Shown in pieces: positions 43,100 to 54,612 of a stretch of 64,000 nt of DNA. Below the pieces are notes generated by a model. That model saw nothing but the letters and a program-made list of their open reading frames with translations. It was not told the origin of the DNA and ran no database searches. The position numbers were made by a program, and so were the translations under genes. This stretch comes from an uncultured Nitrososphaeraceae archaeon (lineage in GTDB: Archaea > Thermoproteota > Nitrososphaeria > Nitrososphaerales > Nitrososphaeraceae), in assembly GCA_963729045.1 (NCBI GenBank), contig CAVSMN010000001.1, positions 24,705 to 88,704 of the forward strand. The letters run 5' to 3'. The stretch's first letter is position 1; the number at the start of each line of letters is the position of its first letter.

Positions 43100-43700
43100 G
43101 TGATTATTGAGGATCATCAACGTACGTGTGAAATTGAAAGAAGGACGAAGGAAGTAAATATAGTGACTAAAATCAATTTAGACGGAAAAGGAAACTCAAA
43201 CGTTAATACAGGGATCGATTTTTTAAATCATATTGTAGTATCTTTTTCAAAACACAGTAAGATTGACATTGATTTGAAAGCAAAAAGTGAGGACGGTATC
43301 AAGCATCATCTAATAGAAGATACAGGCATCGTATTAGGCCAAGCCATTGATAAGGCCCTCGGCAAGAGAGAGAACATTAATCGTTTTGGAAATGCCACAG
43401 TTCCAATGGATGAATCCGTTTCAAGCGTCGCTGTAGATCTGATAAAGAGACAATATAGTCACATCGATATGAAATTAGAAAGAGAAAAGATTGAGAATAT
43501 TTCGCAAGAAGACATTATTCATTTTTTTCAATCATTCATTGGAAATATTAATTGTTGCATGCATGTTATCGTACAGTTATGGAACAAATGATCACCATAA
43601 AATCGAATCGGCCATAAAAGCCACCGCAGTTGCATTAAGGAATGCCATCGGGATTGATCCAAATAGCGAGGGAGATCCTACCACCAAAGGGATGATGTAG
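43100..43700 (+). CDS. hisB: Imidazoleglycerol-phosphate dehydratase (frameshift near 43576)
   Basis: [34 protein letters not shown]. Confidence 0.95.
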
Positions 43701-43703
43701 TAT

Positions 43704-44321
43704 ATGGTGAAAATATCAATTTTTGATTATGGAGCCGGAAACATTTTTAGTCTTCAATCATCCTTGCAAAGAAACGGAGCACAGGTATCAATCATAAATG
43801 ATTTTGAAGAATCATCAGAAGTGGATGGAATAGTATTACCCGGTGTTGGAAATTTTGATCCAGCAATTATTTCAATAAACAAATGTAAAACGGGATTCTC
43901 CCGATTTATGAAAAAAAACATTCCAGTCTTGGGAATATGCTTGGGAATGGAGATGTTATTTGAGAAAAGTGAAGAGGGACAATTAGCAGGACTTGATATA
44001 ATTGAAGGAGAAGTATTGTCCCTCCCCAAAAACTTAGTAAAAATCCCTCATATAGGATGGAATAGTTTGGAGATAACAGATAAGAAGAGTAAATTATTTG
44101 AAGGAATACCAAATAAATCTTGGGTCTATTTTGTACATTCTTATTATACTACACCTAAAAATAGCGACATAATAACATCAAGATCGAATTACGGAGTACA
44201 CATCCCGGCCTCAATAGAAATTAACAGTATTTATTGTACACAATTTCATCCAGAAAAATCAAGTACAATTGGCGAAAAAATGATTAAAAACTTTGTAAAT
44301 ATTTGCAAACGATCAAAATGA
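43704..44321 (+). CDS. hisH: Imidazole glycerol phosphate synthase, glutaminase subunit
   Basis: DYGAGN, LPGVG, GICLGM, YFVHSY, QFHPEKS. Confidence 0.97.
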   Translation: MVKISIFDYGAGNIFSLQSSLQRNGAQVSIINDFEESSEVDGIVLPGVGNFDPAIISINKCKTGFSRFMKKNIPVLGICLGMEMLFEKSEEGQLAGLDIIEGEVLSLPKNLVKIPHIGWNSLEITDKKSKLFEGIPNKSWVYFVHSYYTTPKNSDIITSRSNYGVHIPASIEINSIYCTQFHPEKSSTIGEKMIKNFVNICKRSK

Positions 44322-45034
44322 AAAGCATCGCAGCAATTGATCTATTAGATGGCCAAGTAGTAAGATTGGTTAATGGTAAATTAGAAAATAAAACTGTGTA
44401 CGATGACAATCCATTAGAAGTAGCAAAAAAATGGGAATCCGAAGGGGTTGATATGTTACATATAGTTGATCTAAATGCAGCTTTGAATACAGGAAAGAAC
44501 AATAGCGAAATAATATTAAAAATAATTGATTCGGTAAACATTCCAGTACAGGTTGCAGGCGGTATCCGAACTATTAACAGTATAAATAGATTCTTAGACA
44601 TCAAAAAGCCAATAAAGGTTGTCATAGGAACATTTGCTTTCAAACAGCCAGAGATGATACAAAAGATATCAAAGAAAAGACTAAATCGGATTATAATTTC
44701 AGTAGATCATAATAAAGAAAATGTAATGATCTCTGGATGGAAGGAATTTTCAGGTATAAAATTATTTGATGCCATCCGGTTTTACCAAGAACTGGGTATT
44801 AATGAGTTCTTGCTGACAAATATTGACAAAGATGGCACTTTGGAAGGTCCCGATATAGAAACACTAATCAAAATAAATAATACCTTTAAAGATGTAAAAA
44901 TAGTTTCTAGCGGAGGAGTCAGCAATATAATAGATATATTAAAGTTAAGGAACGTTAATTGTTATGCAGTAATCTTAGGGAAAGCATTGTATGACGAGAA
45001 ATTGAAAATAGAACATGTTCAAGAATTGATTTAA
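44318..45034 (+). CDS. hisA: ProFAR isomerase
   Basis: [38 protein letters not shown]. Confidence 0.95.
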   Translation: MKSIAAIDLLDGQVVRLVNGKLENKTVYDDNPLEVAKKWESEGVDMLHIVDLNAALNTGKNNSEIILKIIDSVNIPVQVAGGIRTINSINRFLDIKKPIKVVIGTFAFKQPEMIQKISKKRLNRIIISVDHNKENVMISGWKEFSGIKLFDAIRFYQELGINEFLLTNIDKDGTLEGPDIETLIKINNTFKDVKIVSSGGVSNIIDILKLRNVNCYAVILGKALYDEKLKIEHVQELI

Positions 45035-45035
45035 T

Positions 45036-45837
45036 ATGGCAGTGGCAAAAAGAATCATTCCCTGTCTGGATGTAAATAAGGGTAGAGTTGTAAAAGGTAT
45101 TAACTTTAAGGAACTCAAAGATGCGGGAGACCCTGTCAAATTAGCCAAACAATATAGCGACGAAGGCGCTGATGAATTAATATTTTTAGACATTACTGCG
45201 GCTGAGGAACATCGCAAAACAATGAAAGATATTGTAAAAAATGTAGCTAGTGTAATAAACATACCATTTACGGTTGGGGGCGGCATAAAGACATTGGAAG
45301 ATGCACGTAATCTACTCCTAAGTGGTGCAGACAGGGTTTCAATAAATACCGCTGCAGTAGTAGACCCGGAATTGATCCAGGAATTGATGTGTATTTTCGG
45401 AAAGCAGTGTATAGTAGTTGCTTTGGATGTAAAAAGAAACTATGATCAAGGTGGAAAATATTTTTTTTCCAAGGATGGAAAAAAATATTGGTTTGAAATC
45501 AAGATTTTTGGTGGGAAAAAATCTACTGGAATTGATGCGGTCGCAATGGGCTAAAAAAGTTGAAAAGATGGGAGCAGGAGAAATACTTTTGACAAGCATA
45601 GATACAGACGGGACAGAAAATGGATACGATATTGAATTAATTAATGCGATTTGTGATAAAATAAATATTCCTGTAATAGCCTCAGGAGGATGCGGATCGG
45701 TTGATGATATACTAAAAGTGTATAAAAAAACAGATGTCGATGCAGCATTGGCAGCATCTCTGTTCCATTTTAATAAGGCAAAGTTAAAAGAGGTTAAAAA
45801 ATATTTAGAGAAAAATAACATATTAGTAAGACCATAA
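45036..45837 (+). CDS. hisF: Imidazole glycerol phosphate synthase, cyclase subunit (frameshift near 45545)
   Basis: [44 protein letters not shown]. Confidence 0.95.
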
Positions 45838-45937
45838 TGTTAAGTTAATGCAGTATGGGGAAAATACAGTAACAGTAACAATATACTAAAATTTAAAACT
45901 AAAAGTATTACTTGTCAGAGGAGCATTAATCACCTAT

Positions 45938-46225
45938 CTAAAGTGTTTTGACGATATCAAAAGTGAAAAACTCCTTCTTATATTCCTCATTCATAATTTT
46001 AATATCTGTCACTACGGCATCCTTAGGTCCCGACTTACACCAACTAAGCATTTTATCAATATCGACATCCAAACCCTCCATTACAGACTCTACCCGTCCG
46101 TCTGACAAATTTCTAACCCAACCAACGATACCTAGCTCCTGTGCCTTTTGTGCAGTGTTTTGACGATAATATACCCCTTGTACCTTTCCACTTACAAAAA
46201 TATGAACCCTAGTATAATTTATCAA
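45938..46225 (-). CDS. acyP: Acylphosphatase
   Basis: VSGKVQGVYYR, GWVRNLSDGRVE. Confidence 0.93.
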   Translation of the reverse strand: MINYTRVHIFVSGKVQGVYYRQNTAQKAQELGIVGWVRNLSDGRVESVMEGLDVDIDKMLSWCKSGPKDAVVTDIKIMNEEYKKEFFTFDIVKTL

Positions 46226-46264
46226 AGTCAAAACACCATATGATATTTGAATCATACAAAATTG

Positions 46265-47631
46265 TTATGGAATTAAGCCGCCTTCTTCTTCATAAAGATC
46301 CTTATAAGAGGTGCCTTTTCTTATTAATTTTATATCGCCCTCACAAGTTTTCATCAGAACTGGGGGCTTAGTTTGACAATGAAAGGGCATATTAAACACT
46401 AGAGAATAAGCTCCCACATTATAAAACAAAATATAATTTCCAACGTTCGCATATGACAGGTCGGATAGTTTCGAGGTAGGAAAAACATCTAAAGTGTCAC
46501 ACAACCTTCCCACAAGATGAATATTCTTCCCAGTATACTGTTTGTTAGAATTGGAAAAGTAAATATGATTATTGGTGTTGGTGTTGTGTTATTTGATATC
46601 ACTTCCTGAGGATATTCTTGTTTAAGTAAAGCAGCATCTAACAAAAGATGATATCCTGTATCTAAAATAACTATTTTATGATCATTGTATTCTTTAGTGT
46701 TGACAATTTTTGATACCATTATAGACGATTCTGCAACTAGGTATCTACCACTCTCTATCATTAGTGTAAATTTACCATGAGAGGACACTAGATTATTCAG
46801 TTTTTCTATATAAACAGACGACATTTCACTTGGGGTAGGAACGGGCTCGTTATAAAATACAGGAGTCCCGCCACCAATATCCAGTGTTTTTAATGAAAAA
46901 TTGGGGATTTCTTTTTTTAGTTTATTTAATAATGAATTTAGTCGGTCTAGAGCATTAACATAACATACAAAGTCGGTAATTTGAGACCCCAGATGAAAAT
47001 GAAAACCCTCAAACTCCAATAAAGGATTATCAAAAATGGATTTAACAATGAAATAAGCTGAATCAACTTTTCCACCGTTTAAAGGAACTCCAAATTTGCC
47101 ATTTTTGTAAGATGCACGGACCTCGGCTTTAACACCTACTTCAGGATTCATACGCACCATTACTTTAGGAATAATGCCAACAATGTTAGCAGCTTGAGAC
47201 AAATTAACTAATCCAAAGTAAGAACTAACGACAATTCTCGTAATCCCATAAGAAAGGACCTGCTTATATTCATCTAGTTCTTCTGTTACACTTGTGTAGA
47301 CAATATTTTCAGGATTAATGTTTAATTCTCTTATAAAAAACAATTCACCCAGAGAAGTAAGATCAAAAGTAATATTGTCTTTCATGAATGTTTTAAGAAT
47401 AGATGGATTAAAATTAGCTTTAATTGAATAGGCAATCTTTACATGACCATGAAATTTTTCATAAGCTCCGTTAAGTTCTAAAACTTTATCATGCAGAGCC
47501 TCTTCGTCTACTAGATATAATGGAGTACCATATTTTTCAACCAACTGGCTAATTTCTTCGTCTGTAAAAAAACGATTAATCTTAGATAACGTTACTTTGT
47601 TTTGAATAATCTGTAGTGCATTTTCAACCAT
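46265..47631 (-). CDS. lysA: Diaminopimelate decarboxylase (frameshift near 46585)
   Basis: YGTPLY, YSIKAN, KFGV, HFHLGSQI, DIGGG, ESGRYL, GRLCDTLD, GAYS. Confidence 0.9.
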
Positions 47632-47811
47632 TCTTTTTGTGAAAGTTATTCAAGAAATTATACTTAAAAACATTGCCCCTAAAAATTATTTTCATTTTAA
47701 TAATTATGTTAAATAATTTATAATAATTTTTATGCAATATTAATAAAAAATATAAGATTATGACTTTTTTCAACTAATAAAGAAATCAAAATATGGGAGA
47801 AAATAGAAAAA

Positions 47812-49986
47812 TTACCTATAGTAAGGTACTGTAACTTTCTCACCCGACTTACTATCTCTTTGAGTTTTTATCTTCTTTACAGCATCTTCGAAATGTTTCA
47901 TTGTAACATGTGCCTCCGATGCATGTTTTGCAGCGTCTTCAGGATTACTATATTTTTGAAGATACTCATGCAACACGAGTGAAACCGCCGTATTTGCAAC
48001 AGCAGATACATCAGCTCCACTAAATCCATCTGTAATTTCAGCGATTCTATCGAAATCAACGATGTCAGAAATAGGTTTTTCTGATGAATGAATTTCCAAT
48101 ATTTTCTTTCTTGTAGCCTTGTCAGGTAAAGGCACATACACTATCTTATCAAACCTACCTGGTCTTAACAATGCAGGATCGATCATATCCGATCGGTTAG
48201 TTGCGGCAATAATAACTACACTGGTTAATTGTTGAATTCCATCCAATTCGGTTAATAGTTGCGAAACGACCCTTTCAGTTACCATGCTATCACCTCCCAG
48301 TCCTCTTACTGGTGCGATAGAATCTATTTCATCAAAGAAAACAACACATGGTGCGGCTTGTCTTGCACGTCGGAAAATTTCTCTGACCCCTCTTTCGGAT
48401 TCGCCAACCCATTTTGACAATAATTCCGGTCCTTTCACGCTAATGAAATTAGCTTCAGATTCTGTAGCAACTGCCTTGGCAAGCATCGTTTTTCCGGTAC
48501 CAGATGGACCATGCATCAGAATTCCTTTGGGATTAGAGTGACCTAGTTTTGTATAAAGATCTGGGTACCTTAATGGCCATTCCACTGCTTCCTGTAGCTC
48601 TCGTTTAACATCATCTAATCCACCTATATCATTCCATTCAACATCAGGAGATTCCAGATAAACTTCCCTCATGGCAGAGGGCATCACTTCTTTAAGAGCA
48701 CTTTCAAAGTCAGACATGGTAACAATCAATTTATTCAATACTTCAGGATTTATTTTCTCATCCTCCAAGTTAAGTTCAGGTAACAATCGTCTAAGACATT
48801 TCATTGCAGCCTCCTTACAGAGATATTCCAAATCTGCACCAACAAAACCATGACTTACAGATGCTATTTTTTCTTGATTTACATCTGATTCTAAAGGCAT
48901 ATTTCTTGTATGAATTTGTAGGATTTCCAATCTACCACGCTTATCAGGAACTTTAATTTCAATCTCTCGGTCAAATCGACCAGGTCTTCTTAGAGCTGGA
49001 TCGATGGCATTTGGTCTATTTGTGGCAGCAATAACTATAACTTTACCTCTTGCTTCCAATCCATCCATCAAAGATAATAACTGAGATACAACTCTACGTT
49101 CAACTTCTCCTGTTACTTCTTCTCGCTTTGGAGTTATAGAGTCTATTTCGTCGATAAACATTATAGAAGGAGCCTTTTCCTTGGTTTCTTTAAATATTTC
49201 ACGCAGTCTTGCTTCAGATTCACCATAGAATTTGCTCATTATTTCTGGACCAGAGATACTTACGAAGTGTGCATTACTTTCATTAGCCACTGCTTTTGCC
49301 AACAAGGTCTTACCGGTACCTGGAGGTCCATACAACAACACTCCCTTTGGTGCCTCTATACCCAGTTTTTCAAATATTTCTGGATGTCGTAATGGCAGTT
49401 CAATCATTTCACGAACTTTTTGGGCTTCCTCTTTTAGGCCACCAATATCTTCGTATGTAACTTGTGGTACTCCACGGAGAGTTTCTCCCCGTTCAGCGAT
49501 ATGAAATACAGTTTTTTGAGTAACTAAAACGGCATCAACACCAGGACCTGGGGTGACACCTATGACTTGAAATGTAAGTCTACCACCAAAATATGGCACC
49601 ATCACATTGTCGCCTTTGATTAATGGTACACTTTCAAGAGCATCAGCTAAATATCGTTCATCAATTGGAGGAATAGCTTCTAATGGTGCAACTATAACTT
49701 TTTCTGCAGGAACAGCTTTAATCTTTCTAACAATTACAGTGTCTCCTATAGCTACACCTGCATTATTTCTAACCAGACCATCAACTCGGAGTATACCCTT
49801 ACCTTCGTCCGAAGGATAAAGAGGTAAACATTTTGCAACTGTTCTACGTTTACCTTTAATTTCCACGACATCACCTGTAGATGCGCTCAAAGCATCCATA
49901 GATTCATAATCAATTCTAGCAACACCACGGCCTACATCTCGGGTATAAGCTTCTAGCACCTTTAGTGATATGGTGTTTTGGCTCAT
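47812..49986 (-). CDS. cdc48: CDC48/VCP family AAA ATPase
   Basis: N-domain plus two AAA modules ([16 protein letters not shown]), ALRRPGRFD. Confidence 0.97.
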   Translation of the reverse strand: MSQNTISLKVLEAYTRDVGRGVARIDYESMDALSASTGDVVEIKGKRRTVAKCLPLYPSDEGKGILRVDGLVRNNAGVAIGDTVIVRKIKAVPAEKVIVAPLEAIPPIDERYLADALESVPLIKGDNVMVPYFGGRLTFQVIGVTPGPGVDAVLVTQKTVFHIAERGETLRGVPQVTYEDIGGLKEEAQKVREMIELPLRHPEIFEKLGIEAPKGVLLYGPPGTGKTLLAKAVANESNAHFVSISGPEIMSKFYGESEARLREIFKETKEKAPSIMFIDEIDSITPKREEVTGEVERRVVSQLLSLMDGLEARGKVIVIAATNRPNAIDPALRRPGRFDREIEIKVPDKRGRLEILQIHTRNMPLESDVNQEKIASVSHGFVGADLEYLCKEAAMKCLRRLLPELNLEDEKINPEVLNKLIVTMSDFESALKEVMPSAMREVYLESPDVEWNDIGGLDDVKRELQEAVEWPLRYPDLYTKLGHSNPKGILMHGPSGTGKTMLAKAVATESEANFISVKGPELLSKWVGESERGVREIFRRARQAAPCVVFFDEIDSIAPVRGLGGDSMVTERVVSQLLTELDGIQQLTSVVIIAATNRSDMIDPALLRPGRFDKIVYVPLPDKATRKKILEIHSSEKPISDIVDFDRIAEITDGFSGADVSAVANTAVSLVLHEYLQKYSNPEDAAKHASEAHVTMKHFEDAVKKIKTQRDSKSGEKVTVPYYR

Positions 49987-50183
49987 AATTATATAACTAC
50001 ACAACTCTTTATAACTTTATTATCAAGAGTTGGATGATTTCTCAGATATTCTTTAATTTGGAAAATTTCAAATTAATGTGTCTGATTCCATTATAATAGA
50101 AATTATGTTATACTATCAAAATTCCTAGAACTATCAAGAATAAATTTAATAGCGGGCCTTTGAGATCGATATATTAGATTTAA

Positions 50184-50915
50184 TTGGGAAAGAGGACATT
50201 AGTAAGAAGAAGAGGGAAAGGAGGAAAACAATTTAGAGCAATTATAGTTGGAAAAATAGCTCCCACTAAATATCCTAATTTTGAGATTAATGAAGTTCAT
50301 CATGGTATTGTAATGGATTTGGTACATGAAAGAGGAAGAGATGCACCAGTTGCTAAAATTAAATTTGATGACAATAATTATTCATATATTCCGGCCCCAG
50401 AAGGTACAACAGTCGGAAGCAAAATTGAGATAGGAAATGGAGCAAAACCCTTGTCTAAAAATATTCTAGACTTAGGATCCATACCAGATGGAACACTTGT
50501 TTGTAATATTGAAAAAAATATTGGCGACGGTGGAAAATTGATAAAGGCAGCCGGAACATCAGCAATAGTATTTTCACATTCCGTTGATAGCGTAAAGGTG
50601 AAATTCCCATCAGGAATGATCCTAAATATGAATCCCAAATGTCGTGCAATGATTGGAGTTGTTGCAGGAGGTGGAAAATCGGAAAAGCCGTTCCTTAAAG
50701 CCGGTAATAAAGCAAAATATATGCAATCCAGAGGAAGATTATACCCAGTAGTAAGAGGAATTGCTCAAGCAGCAGTATACCACCCACATGGTGGAGGAAG
50801 ACATCAACACATAGGTCATCCATCATCTGTAGCAAGAAACACCCCGCCTGGTGCCAAAGTAGGTAATATTGCACCCAGGAAGACAGGAAGAGCAAGAATT
50901 AAGAGGAGACAATAA
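50184..50915 (+). CDS. rpl2: 50S ribosomal protein L2
   Basis: MGKRTLVRRRG, HERGRDAP, HPHGGG, PPGAKVG. Confidence 0.97.
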   Translation: MGKRTLVRRRGKGGKQFRAIIVGKIAPTKYPNFEINEVHHGIVMDLVHERGRDAPVAKIKFDDNNYSYIPAPEGTTVGSKIEIGNGAKPLSKNILDLGSIPDGTLVCNIEKNIGDGGKLIKAAGTSAIVFSHSVDSVKVKFPSGMILNMNPKCRAMIGVVAGGGKSEKPFLKAGNKAKYMQSRGRLYPVVRGIAQAAVYHPHGGGRHQHIGHPSSVARNTPPGAKVGNIAPRKTGRARIKRRQ

Positions 50916-50944
50916 ATTAAGAAATCAAAAAAAAATTTATTGTA

Positions 50945-51775
50945 ATGTATGATATCTCAAAAATACTTGGTGAAATGGAATTTGCTTTAAACACCAACAA
51001 CTTTTTGAGATTAACTGCTTTGGAGGATCTTCATAAAAATGAAAAAGGAGATCCGTTTAAAATTTTGATTGGCACTATTCTTTCATCTAGAACAAGAGAT
51101 GAAAATACCACTCAGGCGCTTATAAAACTATTTAAGAAATATGAAGGAGTAGAAGAGATTTCTAAAGCGAATTTGGACGATATTAAAAAGGAGATATCAT
51201 CCGTCGGTTTTTACAATATCAAGGCAGCTAGGATAAAACAAGTCGCAAACATTATAGAAAGTGAATTTCATGGACAAGTACCAGATGATGAAGAAGACCT
51301 ATTAAAACTACCAGGAGTAGGAAGAAAAACTGCAAATTGCGTACTCGTATATGCATTCCAGAAATCGGCCATACCTGTAGATACCCATGTGCATAGAATT
51401 TGCAATAGATTAGGAATAGTAAATACAAAAAGTCCAGAAGAAACAGAAAAAGAATTGTCTGCGTTGGTAGACAAAAAACATTGGATTAGACTAAATTCTG
51501 CATTTGTGAGGTACGGCCAAAATATTTGCCTGCCGCTAAAACCAAAATGTAATTACTGTAATTTAAGACAAATTTGCAAATATTATAAAGAAAATAAAGA
51601 AAACAATAAAAGCAACAAAAAAGGTCTAAGAAAGTTTCCAGTATTTTGGGCATCTAGTTTTGATAACTTTAATTCCGCTTCTTCCAAAACAACAAGAATA
51701 TCACGGTTCCGCCTACACCTACTATCATTACTAATGGCATATAGTAAAGAACAGATTCAGTTAGACTACCATTGA
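50945..51775 (+). CDS. nth: Endonuclease III (true 3' end may be near 51628)
   Basis: HhH LPGVGRKTAN, VDTHVHR, C-x6-C-x2-C-x5-C; the tail overlaps the convergent gene, suggesting an indel. Confidence 0.92.
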   Translation: MYDISKILGEMEFALNTNNFLRLTALEDLHKNEKGDPFKILIGTILSSRTRDENTTQALIKLFKKYEGVEEISKANLDDIKKEISSVGFYNIKAARIKQVANIIESEFHGQVPDDEEDLLKLPGVGRKTANCVLVYAFQKSAIPVDTHVHRICNRLGIVNTKSPEETEKELSALVDKKHWIRLNSAFVRYGQNICLPLKPKCNYCNLRQICKYYKENKENNKSNKKGLRKFPVFWASSFDNFNSASSKTTRISRFRLHLLSLLMAYSKEQIQLDYH

Positions 51776-52424
51776 GAACTTCGAATTGGATAGAGCCCCC
51801 AAGTGTAGAATTAGGCATTGAGGGTTCATCTTTTCCATAAACTTCTATAGATCCCACGTCGAATCCGTTTAATCCAAGTTTATCTACTACTATCCTTTTT
51901 CCGTTAGTGACAGACAATCCTTGGACATTGGCGTGAGATACGGTTACCGGACCGTCCGTAGACCACCCATTTTGATTGTTTTCATACATTCGCATATATC
52001 CAGTGTCATTTGTATTCACAGATACTATGAATCTCTTTGACTGATCACCATACAACATCAATTCGATAAATTTCTCACTAGGAGGTGCCTCCTTAATTTT
52101 TATGATGGTTTTAGAATCATTATTATTGTAATAGCTAAGATTGTTATATATCGAGATAATCCAATTATTTACCTTTGGTTCATCAAAAACATATTCAATC
52201 GGATTACGTCTATCATTATTAGTATCATTAAAAGGCAAAACAAAACTTTCTGAGACATTGGTTTTGGCTGTTTGAAATTCTTGAGAATTATTAGTTAATT
52301 GAGAGAAGACGGGATTCGGGGGAAAAATACTCACCACCATAACAATAGTTAAACCTAAACCAAGAATTAAGAAAATGTGGTAATATGATAAATTATAAGT
52401 CGAAAATTTATAATTTATTATCAT
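51669..52424 (-). CDS. Hypothetical surface protein with a C-terminal membrane anchor
   Basis: Signal/TM segment at the N-terminus; C-terminal TM followed by WKKRN. Confidence 0.75.
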   Translation of the reverse strand: MIINYKFSTYNLSYYHIFLILGLGLTIVMVVSIFPPNPVFSQLTNNSQEFQTAKTNVSESFVLPFNDTNNDRRNPIEYVFDEPKVNNWIISIYNNLSYYNNNDSKTIIKIKEAPPSEKFIELMLYGDQSKRFIVSVNTNDTGYMRMYENNQNGWSTDGPVTVSHANVQGLSVTNGKRIVVDKLGLNGFDVGSIEVYGKDEPSMPNSTLGGSIQFEVLNGSLTESVLYYMPLVMIVGVGGTVIFLLFWKKRN

Positions 52425-52470
52425 ATTAATTCTTCATAATGCGATTATATATTTGTAAAATATAAGTAAA

Positions 52471-53601
52471 TCAATCTACAAATGGTCTTGGATAGGATAA
52501 TATTACTTTAGAAATTTCAGGTCTCATTAGATGAGAAGGTGGTAATTCGCCTGAGGAAAACATTTTTCGCATTTTGGTTCCACTTAATTCTTCTCTATAG
52601 TTCAAATCATGGGGACAGGTGCGTTCGTTAACATAGCTTTGACATTTTTTACAGAAATAAAAAGCTGGAAAGAAGATAGGCTCGATTTCAAGTTCTGGAT
52701 AATCTTTAAAAATATCGTGAGCTGCAAATGGGGAATAATAATTACCTACACCGGCATGATCCCTGCCTATTATTATATGAGAGCATCCAAAATTTTGACG
52801 CATAATAGCATGATGGATGGCTTCTCTTGGTCCGGCGTATTTCATTTCGGTATGTAAGGTGGAAAAAATGATTCTAGATTTGGGATAATAATTATCTATC
52901 AAGACCGTATAGGAATTCAATATTACATCGTCTTTAAAATCTCCTACCTTTTTTTTACCTATTAAAGGATTTATAAATAAGCCATCGTAAATGTTTAATG
53001 CAGCTTTTTGTAACATTTCGTGAGCCACATGTGGAACATTTCGGGTTTGAAATGCAACCGTACTTTTCCAACCTTGATCTTCAATCTCTTTTCGAGATTC
53101 TGCTGGAGTTAAGCGAAGTCGGTCTAAAAATTTATTGTTGGGAGTATTGACTATTTTAACCTCTCCTGCAATAAGTATATCCTGCATTGTAACAAATTTA
53201 TTGAATCCAGGATGTGATGGATCGTCAGTTTGAAAAACGGATTTAGCGCTTTGAGTTTTATCAAATTTATACAAGTCTTCTACCTGCATTACTCCAAAAA
53301 TTTGACCGTTGTTACGTAAAGCAACTTGTGACGAATCTTTTACTTTTTTTGCTAACTCTTCATTAGCATCTAAAATAATAGGAATTGTCCAAGGTAAATC
53401 GTTAGCTAGTCTCCCTTTTTTTACTACGCTAGTAAAATCTTCTTCATTCATAAATCCTTTTAATGGACTAAATACTCCAAATGAAATATTTTCTATTTCC
53501 TTTTTTAGTCCGGTATCCACATCTACTGTAAATAAATCCTTGTCAATTCTAGACAGATCTATAAAATTATTTGTTAAACTACCACCATGTGGTCTAGGCA
53601 T
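52471..53601 (-). CDS. sat: Sulfate adenylyltransferase
   Basis: PHGG, FSPLKGFM, AFQTRNVPHVAHE, YAGPREA, GRDHAG. Confidence 0.97.
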   Translation of the reverse strand: MPRPHGGSLTNNFIDLSRIDKDLFTVDVDTGLKKEIENISFGVFSPLKGFMNEEDFTSVVKKGRLANDLPWTIPIILDANEELAKKVKDSSQVALRNNGQIFGVMQVEDLYKFDKTQSAKSVFQTDDPSHPGFNKFVTMQDILIAGEVKIVNTPNNKFLDRLRLTPAESRKEIEDQGWKSTVAFQTRNVPHVAHEMLQKAALNIYDGLFINPLIGKKKVGDFKDDVILNSYTVLIDNYYPKSRIIFSTLHTEMKYAGPREAIHHAIMRQNFGCSHIIIGRDHAGVGNYYSPFAAHDIFKDYPELEIEPIFFPAFYFCKKCQSYVNERTCPHDLNYREELSGTKMRKMFSSGELPPSHLMRPEISKVILSYPRPFVD

Positions 53602-53719
53602 CCTTCTATGAAATGATAGAGGTTATTTCTTTCTTCTTTTTCTAGTATGCTTTGCTTTGCTTTGCTTTGTTATCTTATCTTAATTCGTAAGGGCTAATTC
53701 TATCATAAACTTGACTTTT

Positions 53720-54464
53720 TTAACTCTTATTCCAATGGAGTCCACATTCTTTATGAAAATCATTTTCCCACCACCATCTGCCAGCTCTTAGGTCTTCACC
53801 TGCTGCTACTGCACGGGTGCAAGGGGCACAGCCTATACTCGGATATCCCTTATCGTGTAGTTTATTATAAGGTATGTTATTCTTTTTTATATAATCCCAA
53901 ACCATGTCATTGGTCCAGTCTACGATAGGATTGATTTTGATAATGTTGTTATTTGATTCATCAATTTCAACTTTTTTTGCATTAGACCTAGTAAAAGTCT
54001 GCTCACGTCTTAACCCGGTTATCCAGGCATCCAGATCCTTTAGCATTCTTCTTAAAGGATGGACTTTACGGATTTCACAACACAATTTCCGTTCTTGAAC
54101 GCTGTTGTACATTAGATTTACTCCATTTTCTGTCACCATTTTCTCTACTTCCATAAAGTCTGGAAACATAGTTTCAATAGATATAGAGTACTTTTTTCTT
54201 ATTTTGTCCATTACATCATAAGTTTCTGGATTAAGTCTACCTGTATCTAAAGTAAAAACTCGAGTATTGTCACCATGAATATTATACATCAAATCAATTA
54301 TTACTACGTCTTCTGCACCAAAACTTGATGCAAAGGCTATTTTTGGAGAAAAGGTCTTGATTGACAAAGATAAGATATCTTTTGCAGTTTCTGCTTCATA
54401 CTTTAGATGGATTTGCAGAATAAAGTTTCATAAATTCAATTTTCCTATCATCGGTGTTGGACAT
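53720..54464 (-). CDS. cysH: APS/PAPS reductase (N-terminal frameshift near 54405)
   Basis: SSFGAED, LDTG, CC..RK, GYPSIGCAPCT, RAGRW, ECGLH; four Cys indicate the Fe-S (APS-reductase) type. Confidence 0.93.
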
Positions 54465-54612
54465 ATTATTAGTTGGAACTATAACTCATATAATATTATC
54501 TTAGGTCTAATGATGTGATGTAATCAGATTTCAAAATAAGAAGACATTACAAAGACATCTAGTTTATTAGGGAGGTTACCATAGTAAACAGAACTCGTGG
54601 TGAAAGTAAGGT

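Noticed and set aside
37469..50895. Numerous 60-160 aa ORFs antisense to gatE, the his genes, cdc48 and rpl2
   Set aside because: Overlap well-supported genes on the opposite strand and have no motifs
53647..53670. (GCTTT)4 microsatellite between cysH and sat
   Set aside because: Short and T-rich; most simply a low-complexity or terminator-like tract
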